Origin: an uncultured Gammaproteobacteria bacterium
GTDB lineage: Bacteria > Patescibacteriota > Patescibacteriia > UBA11705 > JABHMO01
Assembly: GCA_964605975.1 (NCBI GenBank)
Contig: CAZSER010000002.1
Location: 1-43,059 of the forward strand
Direction: 5' to 3'
Length of the DNA: 43,059 nucleotides
This document shows, in pieces, positions 16,884 to 25,919 of the stretch. Positions within the stretch are counted from its first letter, which is position 1; each line of letters starts with the position of its first letter. The translations under genes were made by a program, and so were the position numbers. The notes under the pieces were generated by a model. It did no database searches. It was not told the origin of the DNA and saw only the letters and a program-made list of their open reading frames with translations.

Positions 16884-16936
16884 TTAATCCTCCATTGTTA
16901 ACGAACAGTTGAATTTATAATAAAAATTTAAGAATG

Positions 16937-17611
16937 TCAAACCCAAAAATCCTTGTTCTCCGTTATAAATCGAAGTCCCTTAAACTCTTTATCAACATGA
17001 TATTCCAAAAACTTTCTTAACAATCTAATTAATTGTACAATTTTCGTTGACCCCAAGGAAACTGATCCCCCAGAAGACAAACTTTTCACCTGGCCAACAA
17101 AAGATCTAAGATCTTTTTCGCCAACAAGACCTCCCAACGAAATATCTTTTTCCCTTTCTTCAATATCATAACCTAAAATTGCTAATTTTTTAATAATAAA
17201 AACTGACAATAACAATAATTTCTTTTCTAATCTTTTTTCTAAAATTATCTGGATAAAAAACTTTTCACTCAAAGAAAAAATATCTTTATTTATTTCGCCT
17301 ACAGGAACGGTTTTTTCCAATAGTTCTACCATTAATTGCCAAAATAAAAAATCTTTTTCATCCTTTATTGGTAATAAATTATAACAATACACCTGAATTA
17401 ATTTATCATTTTTTTTACCCTTAATAAAATTAATCTTCAAAAAACCGGGCAAACTTAATTGCCCAGCCAATTTACTTTTTATTTTTTTTGCACCAACCGC
17501 CAAAAGATTTATTTTTCCAAAACTATTGGTAAATAAAGAAAATATCAAATCATTATCTTTCCAATCGACTTTCTTTAAAACAATCGCTTCTGTTTCAAAA
17601 ATTCTTTCCAT
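16937..17611 (-). CDS. recO: DNA repair protein RecO
   Basis: 224-aa ORF. The N-terminal OB-fold pattern MERIFETEAIVLKKVDWKDNDLIFSLFTNSFGKINLLAVGAKKIKSKLAG is typical of RecO. Confidence 0.65.
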   Translation of the reverse strand: MERIFETEAIVLKKVDWKDNDLIFSLFTNSFGKINLLAVGAKKIKSKLAGQLSLPGFLKINFIKGKKNDKLIQVYCYNLLPIKDEKDFLFWQLMVELLEKTVPVGEINKDIFSLSEKFFIQIILEKRLEKKLLLLSVFIIKKLAILGYDIEEREKDISLGGLVGEKDLRSFVGQVKSLSSGGSVSLGSTKIVQLIRLLRKFLEYHVDKEFKGLRFITENKDFWV

Positions 17612-17647
17612 ATTAAAATTATCACCCTCAAAAATTACAAAAGCTTT

Positions 17648-18043
17648 CTATTTATTCATTATTTTATCAAAATATGACTGCAAAATAATCATGGCCGAAA
17701 CGGCATCATCATCATTTTTGTTTTTTTTGTCTTCAAAAGAAATTTTTCTAGCCATTAACGAACTTAATCGTTCATCTTCCAAAAAAATTGGTAAACCAAT
17801 TTTTTTTAAATCTTCGTAAAAACTTTCCCACTCTTTACTAATCGGTAAAGAACTTACCAGTTTAAGTGGTTTTCCCAAAACAACAATATCTATTTGCTCT
17901 TCTTCGATAATTTTTTTTAACCACTCAAAAACTTCTTGCTTTTTTTTCTTCAAAACACCAAAAGGTGATGCTACTTTAACATCACTTGAACCAATGGCTA
18001 AACCAATTTTTTTTTCTCCCCAATCAATCCCTAAATAATTCAT
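17648..18043 (-). CDS. ruvX: Holliday-junction resolvase-like nuclease RuvX/YqgF
   Basis: MNYLGIDWGEKKIGLAIG N-terminal motif. The ORF track extends to a TTG at 18064 that would overlap map. The ATG at 18043 gives the canonical N-terminus. Confidence 0.8.
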   Translation of the reverse strand: MNYLGIDWGEKKIGLAIGSSDVKVASPFGVLKKKKQEVFEWLKKIIEEEQIDIVVLGKPLKLVSSLPISKEWESFYEDLKKIGLPIFLEDERLSSLMARKISFEDKKNKNDDDAVSAMIILQSYFDKIMNK

Positions 18044-18044
18044 A

Positions 18045-18809
18045 TTATTTTTTGGTAATAACAATAATTCCGGAATCGGTTATTGCTACCGTGTGTTCAA
18101 AATGGGCACAACGACTTCCATCGGCAATAACAATAGTCCAACCATCACTCAAAGTTTTTATTCTAAATCCACCCAAGCTGACCATGGGTTCAAAAGCCAA
18201 AACCATCCCTGATCTAACAATAAAATCATCCCCCGGAATATAGTAATTGGCAATAGGCGGATCCTCATGAACAGCATGTCCAACTCCATGCCCAACTAAT
18301 TCTCTAACGATAGAATAGCCATTTTCTTGAACATATTTCTGAACCTTTTGTGCAATTTTATTTAAATTTGCACCAGGATGTAAATTTTCGATCCAGATAT
18401 CCAAAGCTCTTTTGGTGACCTTTATTAATTTATCATCTTCTTTGCTAATTTTCCCCACACCAACAGTAATCGCTGTATCGGTAAATAAACCACCATTCGC
18501 CGGATATTGCATCCCAATGTCAAGTCCGACAATATCACCATTTTGCAAAACTCTGTCACCAGGGATACCATGGACCAACTCTTCATTTACAGAAACACAC
18601 AAACCAGAAGGAAAAGGAGGATCTTCTCCATAATCTTTAAAAGAAGGATTTCCTCCGGCCAAAATAATACTTTTTTCAGCAAAATCAGAAAGTTCTCTAG
18701 TTGTGACACCAGGTAAAACTTTATCTTTAATTGAATATAAAATTTCAGCCAAAATTTTTCCGCCCTCTTGTAAAAGTCCTATTTCTTTTTTCGTTTTAAT
18801 TAATGACAT
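18045..18809 (-). CDS. map: Type I methionine aminopeptidase
   Basis: 254-aa ORF. Metal-ligand context motifs VHGIPGDRVLQNGDIVGLDIG, GHGVGHAVHEDP, FEPMV and HFEHTV. Confidence 0.92.
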   Translation of the reverse strand: MSLIKTKKEIGLLQEGGKILAEILYSIKDKVLPGVTTRELSDFAEKSIILAGGNPSFKDYGEDPPFPSGLCVSVNEELVHGIPGDRVLQNGDIVGLDIGMQYPANGGLFTDTAITVGVGKISKEDDKLIKVTKRALDIWIENLHPGANLNKIAQKVQKYVQENGYSIVRELVGHGVGHAVHEDPPIANYYIPGDDFIVRSGMVLAFEPMVSLGGFRIKTLSDGWTIVIADGSRCAHFEHTVAITDSGIIVITKK

Positions 18810-18812
18810 TAT

Positions 18813-19460
18813 TTATTTAATAAATTTTCTTAGACTCTTATTAACTTCAGAGATATTGGCATTACCATCTACAAAATAATAACCAAACCTGTTGTGATTT
18901 TTGGCAAATCTTACTAACGGCATTGTTCTTTTGCGAAAAATCAAAATTCTATTTTTTAAAACATTTAAACCTTCATCTCTTCTTCTAAATAATTTTTTAT
19001 GACAAACATCACAAATACCTTCAATATTTGGAGGACGATAAACTGTATGAAAAATTTCTCCACAATGACAATGCCAACGACCACCAACCCGTTGTTGTAA
19101 TTTAGGTATAGAAATTTTAATTTCTAACAACTTAACCATGTATCCTTTATTTTCATTAATAAACTCTTCTAACTGTTTAAACTGGTTAAGAGTTCTGGGA
19201 AAGCCATCCAATAAAATATCCTTCGTTGAGTTTTTTATTTTTTTTAAAATTAGAGGGATAACATACATACTTGGAACCAAATCACCATCTTCCACAAACT
19301 TCTTGGCGATTTTTCCTATCCTAGTTCTATTTTTTATTTGTTGTCGCAAAATGGAACCGGAACCAATAACATTTAAATCAAACTCTTTTTGTAACAATGT
19401 TGCCTGTGTTCCCTTTCCCGATCCGGGAGGTCCAATCAAAATATAGATTTTTTTACTCAT
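18813..19460 (-). CDS. adk: Adenylate kinase (Zn-lid type)
   Basis: P-loop IGPPGSGKGTQA and DGFPRTLNQ. The lid has CHCGEIFH...CDVCHKKL. An in-frame ATG at 19478 would add 6 residues, so the start is ambiguous. Confidence 0.9.
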   Translation of the reverse strand: MSKKIYILIGPPGSGKGTQATLLQKEFDLNVIGSGSILRQQIKNRTRIGKIAKKFVEDGDLVPSMYVIPLILKKIKNSTKDILLDGFPRTLNQFKQLEEFINENKGYMVKLLEIKISIPKLQQRVGGRWHCHCGEIFHTVYRPPNIEGICDVCHKKLFRRRDEGLNVLKNRILIFRKRTMPLVRFAKNHNRFGYYFVDGNANISEVNKSLRKFIK

Positions 19461-19564
19461 AAAAAAGTTTACTACCATTATTATTTTCAGAGATAATCTT
19501 TAAACTACTACCTTAAAAATATCTTTTACTATTTTAATCCTTATTTAAACTTAATTTATTATAT

Positions 19565-19593
19565 CAAAAAAGCCGGAATAAATCCAGCTTTTT
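19565..19593 (-). terminator. Hairpin + U-run downstream of secY
   Basis: The minus-strand RNA reads AAAAAGCUGGA-UUUAU-UCCGGCUUUUU (one G.U pair) and begins about 20 nt after the secY stop. Confidence 0.5.
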
Positions 19594-19614
19594 AAATTTA
19601 TAAAAAAATTACCT

Positions 19615-20886
19615 CTATAAACTTTCGTAATCACGCATTGTCATTTGAGAATCAATCTGCTTGATCATATCAATAACAACACTAACCACAATCAAAATAC
19701 TTGTTCCACCGATAACCATTGAAGTCATCCCTGCCGTATTTTGCAATAATAAAGGCAAAACAGCAATCACAGCCAAAAATAAAGCTCCGGTTAATGTAAT
19801 CTTTGAAATCGTTCTCTTTAAATACTCTGCGGTATTTAAACCCGGACGAATTCCAGGAACAAATCCACCATTTTTTTGTAAATTTTCAGCAATTTGATGA
19901 GGATGAAAAATAACAGCCGTATAAAAATAAGTAAAAGCAAAAACTAAAATAAAGTAAAAAATACCATAAACCATTTGATTTTGAAAAAAATCAATTACAG
20001 CTTGAGCGCCATTTTTAACCCAAATAGTATTGGCTCGCAGAAAAAACTGGGCGACCATTGGTGGAAATAAAATTATCGAAATAGCAAAAATAATCGGAAT
20101 TACCCCTGCCGTATTTACTCTAATTGGAAGATGAGTACTCCCACCACCATACATTTTCATCCCTCTAACTCTTTTTGCATAAGTGATCGGAATATTTCTT
20201 TGCCCTTCGGTAATAATAACAACACCAACAATGGTTAACAGTGCAATTACCAAATAAATAACCAAAGTAATCAATTGATCCTTGGAAAAATTAATAGCCA
20301 TTTCTTGTAATGCCTTCGGAATCCCAGAAACAATTCCCGCAAAAATTAACATTGAAACACCATTGCCGATTTTTTTCTCAGTAATTAATTCTCCCAACCA
20401 AACTAAAAATATAGTTCCGGCAGTAATGGTAATCAACATTGCTGAAAGCTCAAAAAAAGATACTGACTCCAAAATATTAGCCGAAGATCTTCTTAACAAA
20501 GTAATCATGCCATAAGCTTGAAGCATCGCCAAAGGAACAGTTGCAATTCTCGTATAAAAATTTATTTTGGATCTTCCCGCTTGTTCTTTCATCATCTCCT
20601 CAATTTTAGGAACAATCATTCCCAAAAGTTGAAAGATAATTGAAGAAGTAATATATGGAGCAACCCCCATCATAACAATAGAAAAGTTTTGCATTCCTCC
20701 TCCGGAAAAAAGATTTAACAACCCCAAGATTTGATTACTTCCAAAAAATTCTTTTAAATTTTCAACATTAACTCCCGGTATAGGAATATGCGCCGCAACT
20801 CGAAAAATCAATAGCATGGCCAAAACAAAAAAAATCTTATTGCGTAATTCTTTCACCCTCCAGATTTGTAAAAATTTATCCCACAT
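19615..20886 (-). CDS. secY: Preprotein translocase subunit SecY
   Basis: 423-aa polytopic membrane ORF with the expected synteny after rplO. Motifs include GVAPYITSSIIFQLL and GGFVPGIRPG. Confidence 0.95.
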   Translation of the reverse strand: MWDKFLQIWRVKELRNKIFFVLAMLLIFRVAAHIPIPGVNVENLKEFFGSNQILGLLNLFSGGGMQNFSIVMMGVAPYITSSIIFQLLGMIVPKIEEMMKEQAGRSKINFYTRIATVPLAMLQAYGMITLLRRSSANILESVSFFELSAMLITITAGTIFLVWLGELITEKKIGNGVSMLIFAGIVSGIPKALQEMAINFSKDQLITLVIYLVIALLTIVGVVIITEGQRNIPITYAKRVRGMKMYGGGSTHLPIRVNTAGVIPIIFAISIILFPPMVAQFFLRANTIWVKNGAQAVIDFFQNQMVYGIFYFILVFAFTYFYTAVIFHPHQIAENLQKNGGFVPGIRPGLNTAEYLKRTISKITLTGALFLAVIAVLPLLLQNTAGMTSMVIGGTSILIVVSVVIDMIKQIDSQMTMRDYESL

Positions 20887-20936
20887 ATTTTTGACTTTAT
20901 TTTGTTTAAAAATAAAAAAAGCGAGGTCAACTTTTT

Positions 20937-21377
20937 TTAAGTGACCTTGCCTCCGGCTTTTTCAATAACCTCTTTAGCTTTTTGAGAAACAATTACTCCT
21001 GTTAATTCTAACTTTTTAGTCAAACTCTCCTGTTTTTTAGCCAATAAAACCTTTACCGGTAAAGACTTTTTATCAATTACCCTTTTATCAAATAGAGTTT
21101 GTGGAGAAACAACTTCCCCCACAGAGAAAAGCTTTTCGATAGTGCTCAAAAGAACTACCTGCTTTTTTGGATAACGAGGTTTCATACCCTTAAATTTAGG
21201 CATCGTTAAAAGTGTTCGTCTAAAACCTTTCAACTTCAAACCTCCTTTTCCACCAGACCTCGCCTTTTGTCCTTTTTTCCCTCGGCCACAATAAGTTCCA
21301 TGACCCGATCCATTACCACGACCAACTCTGGTTTTTTTCTTTTTGGCTGTGCCAATATTACTTAATGTTATCGCCAT
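20937..21377 (-). CDS. rplO: 50S ribosomal protein L15
   Basis: 146 aa; RVGRGNGSGHGTYCGRGKKGQKARSG; sits between rpsE and secY. Confidence 0.93.
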   Translation of the reverse strand: MAITLSNIGTAKKKKTRVGRGNGSGHGTYCGRGKKGQKARSGGKGGLKLKGFRRTLLTMPKFKGMKPRYPKKQVVLLSTIEKLFSVGEVVSPQTLFDKRVIDKKSLPVKVLLAKKQESLTKKLELTGVIVSQKAKEVIEKAGGKVT

Positions 21378-21395
21378 ATTGCATTATTTAATTTC

Positions 21396-22034
21396 TTATT
21401 TGGCCTTTTTTGTAATCACTTTTTTTGCAATTTTTGATGCTGTTTTGCGAACAGGCTTCTTTTCTTCCTTCTCTTTCTTTTCAATTTTCACTTCACTTTT
21501 AATACCCTCAATTTCTTTCTTTTCTACTTTTGAAACAATCTTTTTTTCTTTAACAAACTTACTTGAAATAAAATCTACTGCCGAGTAAAAAGCTTTAACA
21601 TTAGTAATTTTGTTGTTTGTCCCAAGCATTTTTCCAATCACATTAGGAACTCCAGCTAATTCCAACAAAACACGCATTGGACCACCAGCCTTAACTCCAG
21701 TACCTTGAGGAGCTGGTTTCATTAAAATTTGCGCTGCCTTATAATGAATATGCACCGGCATTGGAATAGTTTCATTGATTAACGGAATAGTTCTTAAATC
21801 TTTTTTAGCCTTATTAACCGCTTTATTAACAGCAAAAGTGACATCCGCACCTTTTGCCAAACCAACACCAAAACGACCCTTTTTGTCACCAATAGCAACA
21901 CAGGCGCGAAAGCGCATTCTCTTACCACCGGCCATAACTCTGGTAACCCGAGCTAGATCAATTATTTTTTGCTCAAACTCAGACTCCGGTTTATTAAAAC
22001 CTTTTTTGGATCTTCTATTATCATTTTGTGCCAT
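21396..22034 (-). CDS. rpsE: 30S ribosomal protein S5 (with Lys/Glu-rich C-terminal tail)
   Basis: 212 aa; VTRVMAGGKRMRFRACVAIGDKKGRFGVGLAKG. An extra tail of about 45 aa reads KKEIEGIKSEVKIEKKEKEEKKPVRKTASKIAKKVITKKAK. Confidence 0.93.
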   Translation of the reverse strand: MAQNDNRRSKKGFNKPESEFEQKIIDLARVTRVMAGGKRMRFRACVAIGDKKGRFGVGLAKGADVTFAVNKAVNKAKKDLRTIPLINETIPMPVHIHYKAAQILMKPAPQGTGVKAGGPMRVLLELAGVPNVIGKMLGTNNKITNVKAFYSAVDFISSKFVKEKKIVSKVEKKEIEGIKSEVKIEKKEKEEKKPVRKTASKIAKKVITKKAK

Positions 22035-22049
22035 ATATTCGTGTTCTTA

Positions 22050-22409
22050 TTAAAATTTTAGTCCGCCCTCTCTGGCGCCCTCAGCCGCAGATTTAACTCG
22101 ACCATGATATTTATAAGATCGTCGATCAAAAACAACTTCTTTAACTCCCTTTTCTAATCCTCTTTTAGCAATAAGCACTCCAACTAATTTGGCTTTCTCT
22201 ATCGGCTTAATATTTTTTTCTGAAATATCCTTATCTGAAGCAGAACATAATGTTACCCCCTTACTATCATCAATAATTTGAGCATAAAAATGCTTTAAAC
22301 TTCTAAAAATAGCCAATCGAATTAACCCACTGTTCGTTTTTATGGTTTTACGAACACGCGCTTTGCGACGAATAATACTATTTAATTTTTTCTTTTGTTC
22401 ATTTCTCAT
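22050..22409 (-). CDS. rplR: 50S ribosomal protein L18
   Basis: 119 aa; [18 protein letters not shown] ... [19 protein letters not shown]. Confidence 0.93.
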   Translation of the reverse strand: MRNEQKKKLNSIIRRKARVRKTIKTNSGLIRLAIFRSLKHFYAQIIDDSKGVTLCSASDKDISEKNIKPIEKAKLVGVLIAKRGLEKGVKEVVFDRRSYKYHGRVKSAAEGAREGGLKF

Positions 22410-22418
22410 AAAGTTTCA

Positions 22419-22973
22419 TTAAGCACCTTTTTTGGTTCCACTCTTACCAGCCTTTCGGCGGAGAACTTCATCCAAATATTTAATCCCTTTGCCTAAATAT
22501 GGCTCAGGTTTTTTAACCTTTCTAATGTTGGCTGCGACCTCTCCAACCAACTGTTTATCAATCCCATTAACGGTAATAACATTACCTTCAACCTTACAAC
22601 TAATACCTACTGGCAAAAGAAATTCTACCGGATGAGAAAATCCAACATTAAGCGTCAATTTAGAACCTGAAACAGAAGCTTTATAACCAATACCATTAAT
22701 TTCTAATTTCTTTTCAAAACCAGCTGTCACACCACTAACCATATTGGCGATAAGACTTCTAAACAAACCCCAAAGAGCCTTATCCTTTTTATTCTCAGGA
22801 TCTTTAACAGAAACTTTAATCTCATTGTTAGATGAATCAATCTCAACATTAACATGAGAGTGAATCTCACAACTGTTTTCGCCCTTTGGTCCTTTGATTG
22901 ACAAAAGATTTTTTTCCATTTTAGCCTCAACTCCGGCGGAAAGCGTTATTGGCAATTTTCCTATTCTTGACAT
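22419..22973 (-). CDS. rplF: 50S ribosomal protein L6
   Basis: 184 aa; MSRIGKLPI N-terminus, PEPYLGKGIKY near the C-terminus. Confidence 0.93.
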   Translation of the reverse strand: MSRIGKLPITLSAGVEAKMEKNLLSIKGPKGENSCEIHSHVNVEIDSSNNEIKVSVKDPENKKDKALWGLFRSLIANMVSGVTAGFEKKLEINGIGYKASVSGSKLTLNVGFSHPVEFLLPVGISCKVEGNVITVNGIDKQLVGEVAANIRKVKKPEPYLGKGIKYLDEVLRRKAGKSGTKKGA

Positions 22974-23008
22974 ATGCTAATCAATAAATATAAGAATTTT
23001 TATTAAAT

Positions 23009-23404
23009 TTAGTAAATTTCACACATCAATTCTCCGCCGACACCAAGTTTTTTGGCTTCTTTTCCTGTCATTAAACCTTTGGATGTTGAAACAATAGAAA
23101 CGCCAAAATCATTCAAAACCTTAGGAATCTCAGCTTTACCAACATAAATTCTTTGACCCACTTTACTAACTTTTTTTATGGATTTAATAGCTGGCAATCT
23201 TTTTCCTAAATACTTTAAAATGATTTTAATATTTTTGGCATTTTCATCGACAACTTCAACAGAGGCGAAGTAGCCTTCTTTTTCCAAAATTTTAGCCAAA
23301 GCCAACTTAAGTTTAGAATAAGGTACCAAGACCTCTATTTTTCCGGCCATGGAAGCATTCCTAACTCGAGTAAGCATGTCAGCGATTGGATCTGTCATTG
23401 TCAT
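23009..23404 (-). CDS. rpsH: 30S ribosomal protein S8
   Basis: 131 aa; MTDPIADMLTRVRNA, GGELMCEIY C-terminus. Confidence 0.93.
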   Translation of the reverse strand: MTMTDPIADMLTRVRNASMAGKIEVLVPYSKLKLALAKILEKEGYFASVEVVDENAKNIKIILKYLGKRLPAIKSIKKVSKVGQRIYVGKAEIPKVLNDFGVSIVSTSKGLMTGKEAKKLGVGGELMCEIY

Positions 23405-23451
23405 AAGTTTATATAATATATTTTCATCAAAATAATTATGTGTTCACTGAT

Positions 23452-23637
23452 TTACCAACTGCTTCTGGTGACACCGGGGATTTCTCCTCTTTCGGCCATC
23501 TCGCGGAAACAGATACGACACAAACCAAACTTTCTCATATAGCCGTGAACACGACCGCACTTCCAGCATCGACGAACGACTCTGGTAGAAAATTTTGGTT
23601 TATCTTGTGATTTCATGTATTGAGCTTGTGTGGACAT
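23452..23637 (-). CDS. rpsN: 30S ribosomal protein S14, type Z (zinc-binding)
   Basis: 61 aa; [23 protein letters not shown] (CxxC...CxxC). Confidence 0.93.
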   Translation of the reverse strand: MSTQAQYMKSQDKPKFSTRVVRRCWKCGRVHGYMRKFGLCRICFREMAERGEIPGVTRSSW

Positions 23638-23663
23638 AATTCTATCGTGATAATTGATTTACA

Positions 23664-24215
23664 TTATTTATTTCCTTCTTTTATATATGGGAACCCTAAT
23701 TCTCTAAACAAAGCTTGACCTTCTTTGATACTCTTGGCGGTAGTTGCAAAACAGATTTCTAAACCATGAGTTCTTTCTAAATCTTCTGGGGTAATTTCCG
23801 GAAAAGGCGTAACTTCTTTTAATCCAATTGAATAGTTACCACTTTTGTCAAAACCTTTAAATGCTAAGCCTCGAAAATCTTTAATTCTAGGAAAAGTTAT
23901 TTTAATTAACTTCTCCAAAAAATCCCACATCCTGTGACCCCGCAAAGTCACTTTCAATCCAACCACCATTCCTTTTCTAATTTTAAAATTAGAAATTGAT
24001 TGTTTAGCAAGAGTTTCTACCGGTCTTTGTCCAGAAATTCTAGTTAAAGTACTTTTGACAACATTGATAACTTCTTTGTCTTTTACCGCATGACCAACTC
24101 CAACATTCAAAATAATTTTTTTCACTGCTGGAACGGCTAACTTATTGGTATAGCCAAACTCTTTTTTGAGAGATTGAACAACCTCATCGTTATAAAATTT
24201 TTGTAAACTATTCAT
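23664..24215 (-). CDS. rplE: 50S ribosomal protein L5
   Basis: MNSLQKFYNDEVV...VPAVKKIILNVGVG...FPEI. The ORF track starts at a TTG at 24224; the ATG at 24215 is preferred. Confidence 0.92.
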   Translation of the reverse strand: MNSLQKFYNDEVVQSLKKEFGYTNKLAVPAVKKIILNVGVGHAVKDKEVINVVKSTLTRISGQRPVETLAKQSISNFKIRKGMVVGLKVTLRGHRMWDFLEKLIKITFPRIKDFRGLAFKGFDKSGNYSIGLKEVTPFPEITPEDLERTHGLEICFATTAKSIKEGQALFRELGFPYIKEGNK

Positions 24216-24240
24216 ATAAATCAATTAGATTGTTTTCTTT

Positions 24241-24588
24241 TTATTCAATGGCTTCACCACATTTTTTACAAATTCTGACCTTTTTTGCTCCTTTGGTATC
24301 ACCAGAAAGTAATTTATAACCAACTCTTGTGGCAGTAGAACATTTGGGACAAACCAGCATGACATTTGAAATCTTAATTTGTCCTGGAACTTCGATTCTC
24401 TGTCCTTTTTCTCCCTCTTTGCGAGGTTTTACATGTTTAAAGCGTAAATTTAATCCTTCTACTAACAATACGCCTTTAACATTATTAACCGCCAAAACTT
24501 TACCTTGATTTCCTTTTCCTGTTTTGGAAGTACGGACACGATCTTTGCCTTTAATTATTTGTACTTTATCTCCTTTTTTTATCTTCAT
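24241..24588 (-). CDS. rplX: 50S ribosomal protein L24 (KOW domain + C-terminal CxxC...CxxC ribbon)
   Basis: 115 aa; MKIKKGDKVQIIKGKD KOW motif; CPKCSTATR...CKKCGE. Confidence 0.9.
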   Translation of the reverse strand: MKIKKGDKVQIIKGKDRVRTSKTGKGNQGKVLAVNNVKGVLLVEGLNLRFKHVKPRKEGEKGQRIEVPGQIKISNVMLVCPKCSTATRVGYKLLSGDTKGAKKVRICKKCGEAIE

Positions 24589-24608
24589 ATATTTAATGAG
24601 ATTTCTTC

Positions 24609-24980
24609 TTATAAAACTTCCGGCGCCAAAGAAATTACTTTATTAAATCCTTTTTTACGCAACTCTCTAGCAACAGGACCAAAAATACGTGTTCCTTTCG
24701 GTTCCAAAGACTTTTTGTCGACCAAAACGACGGCATTATCATCAAACCTAATGTAAGAGCCATCATTTCTTCTTGTTTCTTTGGCTGTTCTAACAATAAC
24801 ACCATAAGCTACCTCCCCTTTTTTTACCATGCTATGAGGTTTTGCTTCTTTGATGCTTACAACAATAACATCGCCCAAGCGAGCATAACGTTTCTTGTAA
24901 CCACCAATAACTTTGATGCATTGAATTCTTCGCGCACCCGTATTATCAGCAGACTTTAATATAGTTCTATGTTGTATCAT
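24609..24980 (-). CDS. rplN: 50S ribosomal protein L14
   Basis: 123 aa; [17 protein letters not shown]...[10 protein letters not shown]. Confidence 0.95.
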   Translation of the reverse strand: MIQHRTILKSADNTGARRIQCIKVIGGYKKRYARLGDVIVVSIKEAKPHSMVKKGEVAYGVIVRTAKETRRNDGSYIRFDDNAVVLVDKKSLEPKGTRIFGPVARELRKKGFNKVISLAPEVL

Positions 24981-25010
24981 ATATACTAGATTTAGAAATT
25001 GATCTATAAA

Positions 25011-25271
25011 TTATTTTTCTATTTTGACCAATCGCCATTTTTTATCTTTGCTGATTGGGCGACATTCGACAAAAACAACTTTGTCACCGACCTTACATTC
25101 ATTTTTTTCATCATGAATTTTGAATCTTTTGGAAACAGTGAATTGCTTTTTATAAACAGGATGTCTAACGACACGAGAAACCAAAACCACCGCCGTTTTA
25201 TCCATTTTGATACTGGAAACGACACCACTGAATTGCTTTGTTTTGGTTGTAGTCAATTCATTCTTTGTCAT
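25011..25271 (-). CDS. rpsQ: 30S ribosomal protein S17
   Basis: 86 aa; GVVSSIKMDKTAVVLVSRVVRHPVYKK...HDEKNECKVGDKVVFVECRPISKDKKW. Confidence 0.93.
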   Translation of the reverse strand: MTKNELTTTKTKQFSGVVSSIKMDKTAVVLVSRVVRHPVYKKQFTVSKRFKIHDEKNECKVGDKVVFVECRPISKDKKWRLVKIEK

Positions 25272-25274
25272 ATA

Positions 25275-25463
25275 CTATTGTTTGTTGGCATTTAAAATTG
25301 TTAAAATCTTGGCAATGTCTTTTTTAACCGTCCTTATTTCTCTAACATTTTTTTGCTGTTTGCCTGCCAATTTAAATCCTAATTCATATCTTTTGACACA
25401 CAGCTCGTCATATAACTTTTGTAACTCTTCATTAGATTTATTGAGCAATTCCTTTATTTTCAT
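25275..25463 (-). CDS. rpmC: 50S ribosomal protein L29
   Basis: 62 aa helical protein between rplP and rpsQ; ELLNKSNEELQKLYDEL...NVREIRTVKKDIAKILT. Confidence 0.9.
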   Translation of the reverse strand: MKIKELLNKSNEELQKLYDELCVKRYELGFKLAGKQQKNVREIRTVKKDIAKILTILNANKQ

Positions 25464-25471
25464 ACGCGATA

Positions 25472-25888
25472 TTATTTCTTGACAATAAATTTATTTTTGA
25501 AAGGCATCTTATGCCCAGCTAAACGCATTGACTCCCGAGCTTGTTCTTCTGTGACTCCACTCATCTCAAAAACAACTGTTCCTGGTCTAACAACGGCGAC
25601 ATAATGATCTGGAGCTCCTTTTCCTGAACCCATAGTTGATTGAGAACCTTTAGCCGTTACGGGCTTATCAGGAAAAATTCTGATCCAAATTTTTCCACCG
25701 CGTTTAACATATCTAGCAATAGCTCTACGAGCTGCTTCAATTTGTTTAGAAGTCACCCAAGATTCAGTCATCGCTTTTAATCCAAATTGACCAAATGCTA
25801 AATCTGTCATTCTTGAGGCCAAAATGCCCTTGTTGCGACTTCTTCCCTTGTGCCACTTGCGATGTTTTACTTTTTTAGGAATAAGCAT
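25472..25888 (-). CDS. rplP: 50S ribosomal protein L16
   Basis: 138 aa; [16 protein letters not shown]...[12 protein letters not shown]. Confidence 0.95.
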   Translation of the reverse strand: MLIPKKVKHRKWHKGRSRNKGILASRMTDLAFGQFGLKAMTESWVTSKQIEAARRAIARYVKRGGKIWIRIFPDKPVTAKGSQSTMGSGKGAPDHYVAVVRPGTVVFEMSGVTEEQARESMRLAGHKMPFKNKFIVKK

Positions 25889-25919
25889 ATATCCTTGCAG
25901 TCAAATTTATTTAAAATAT

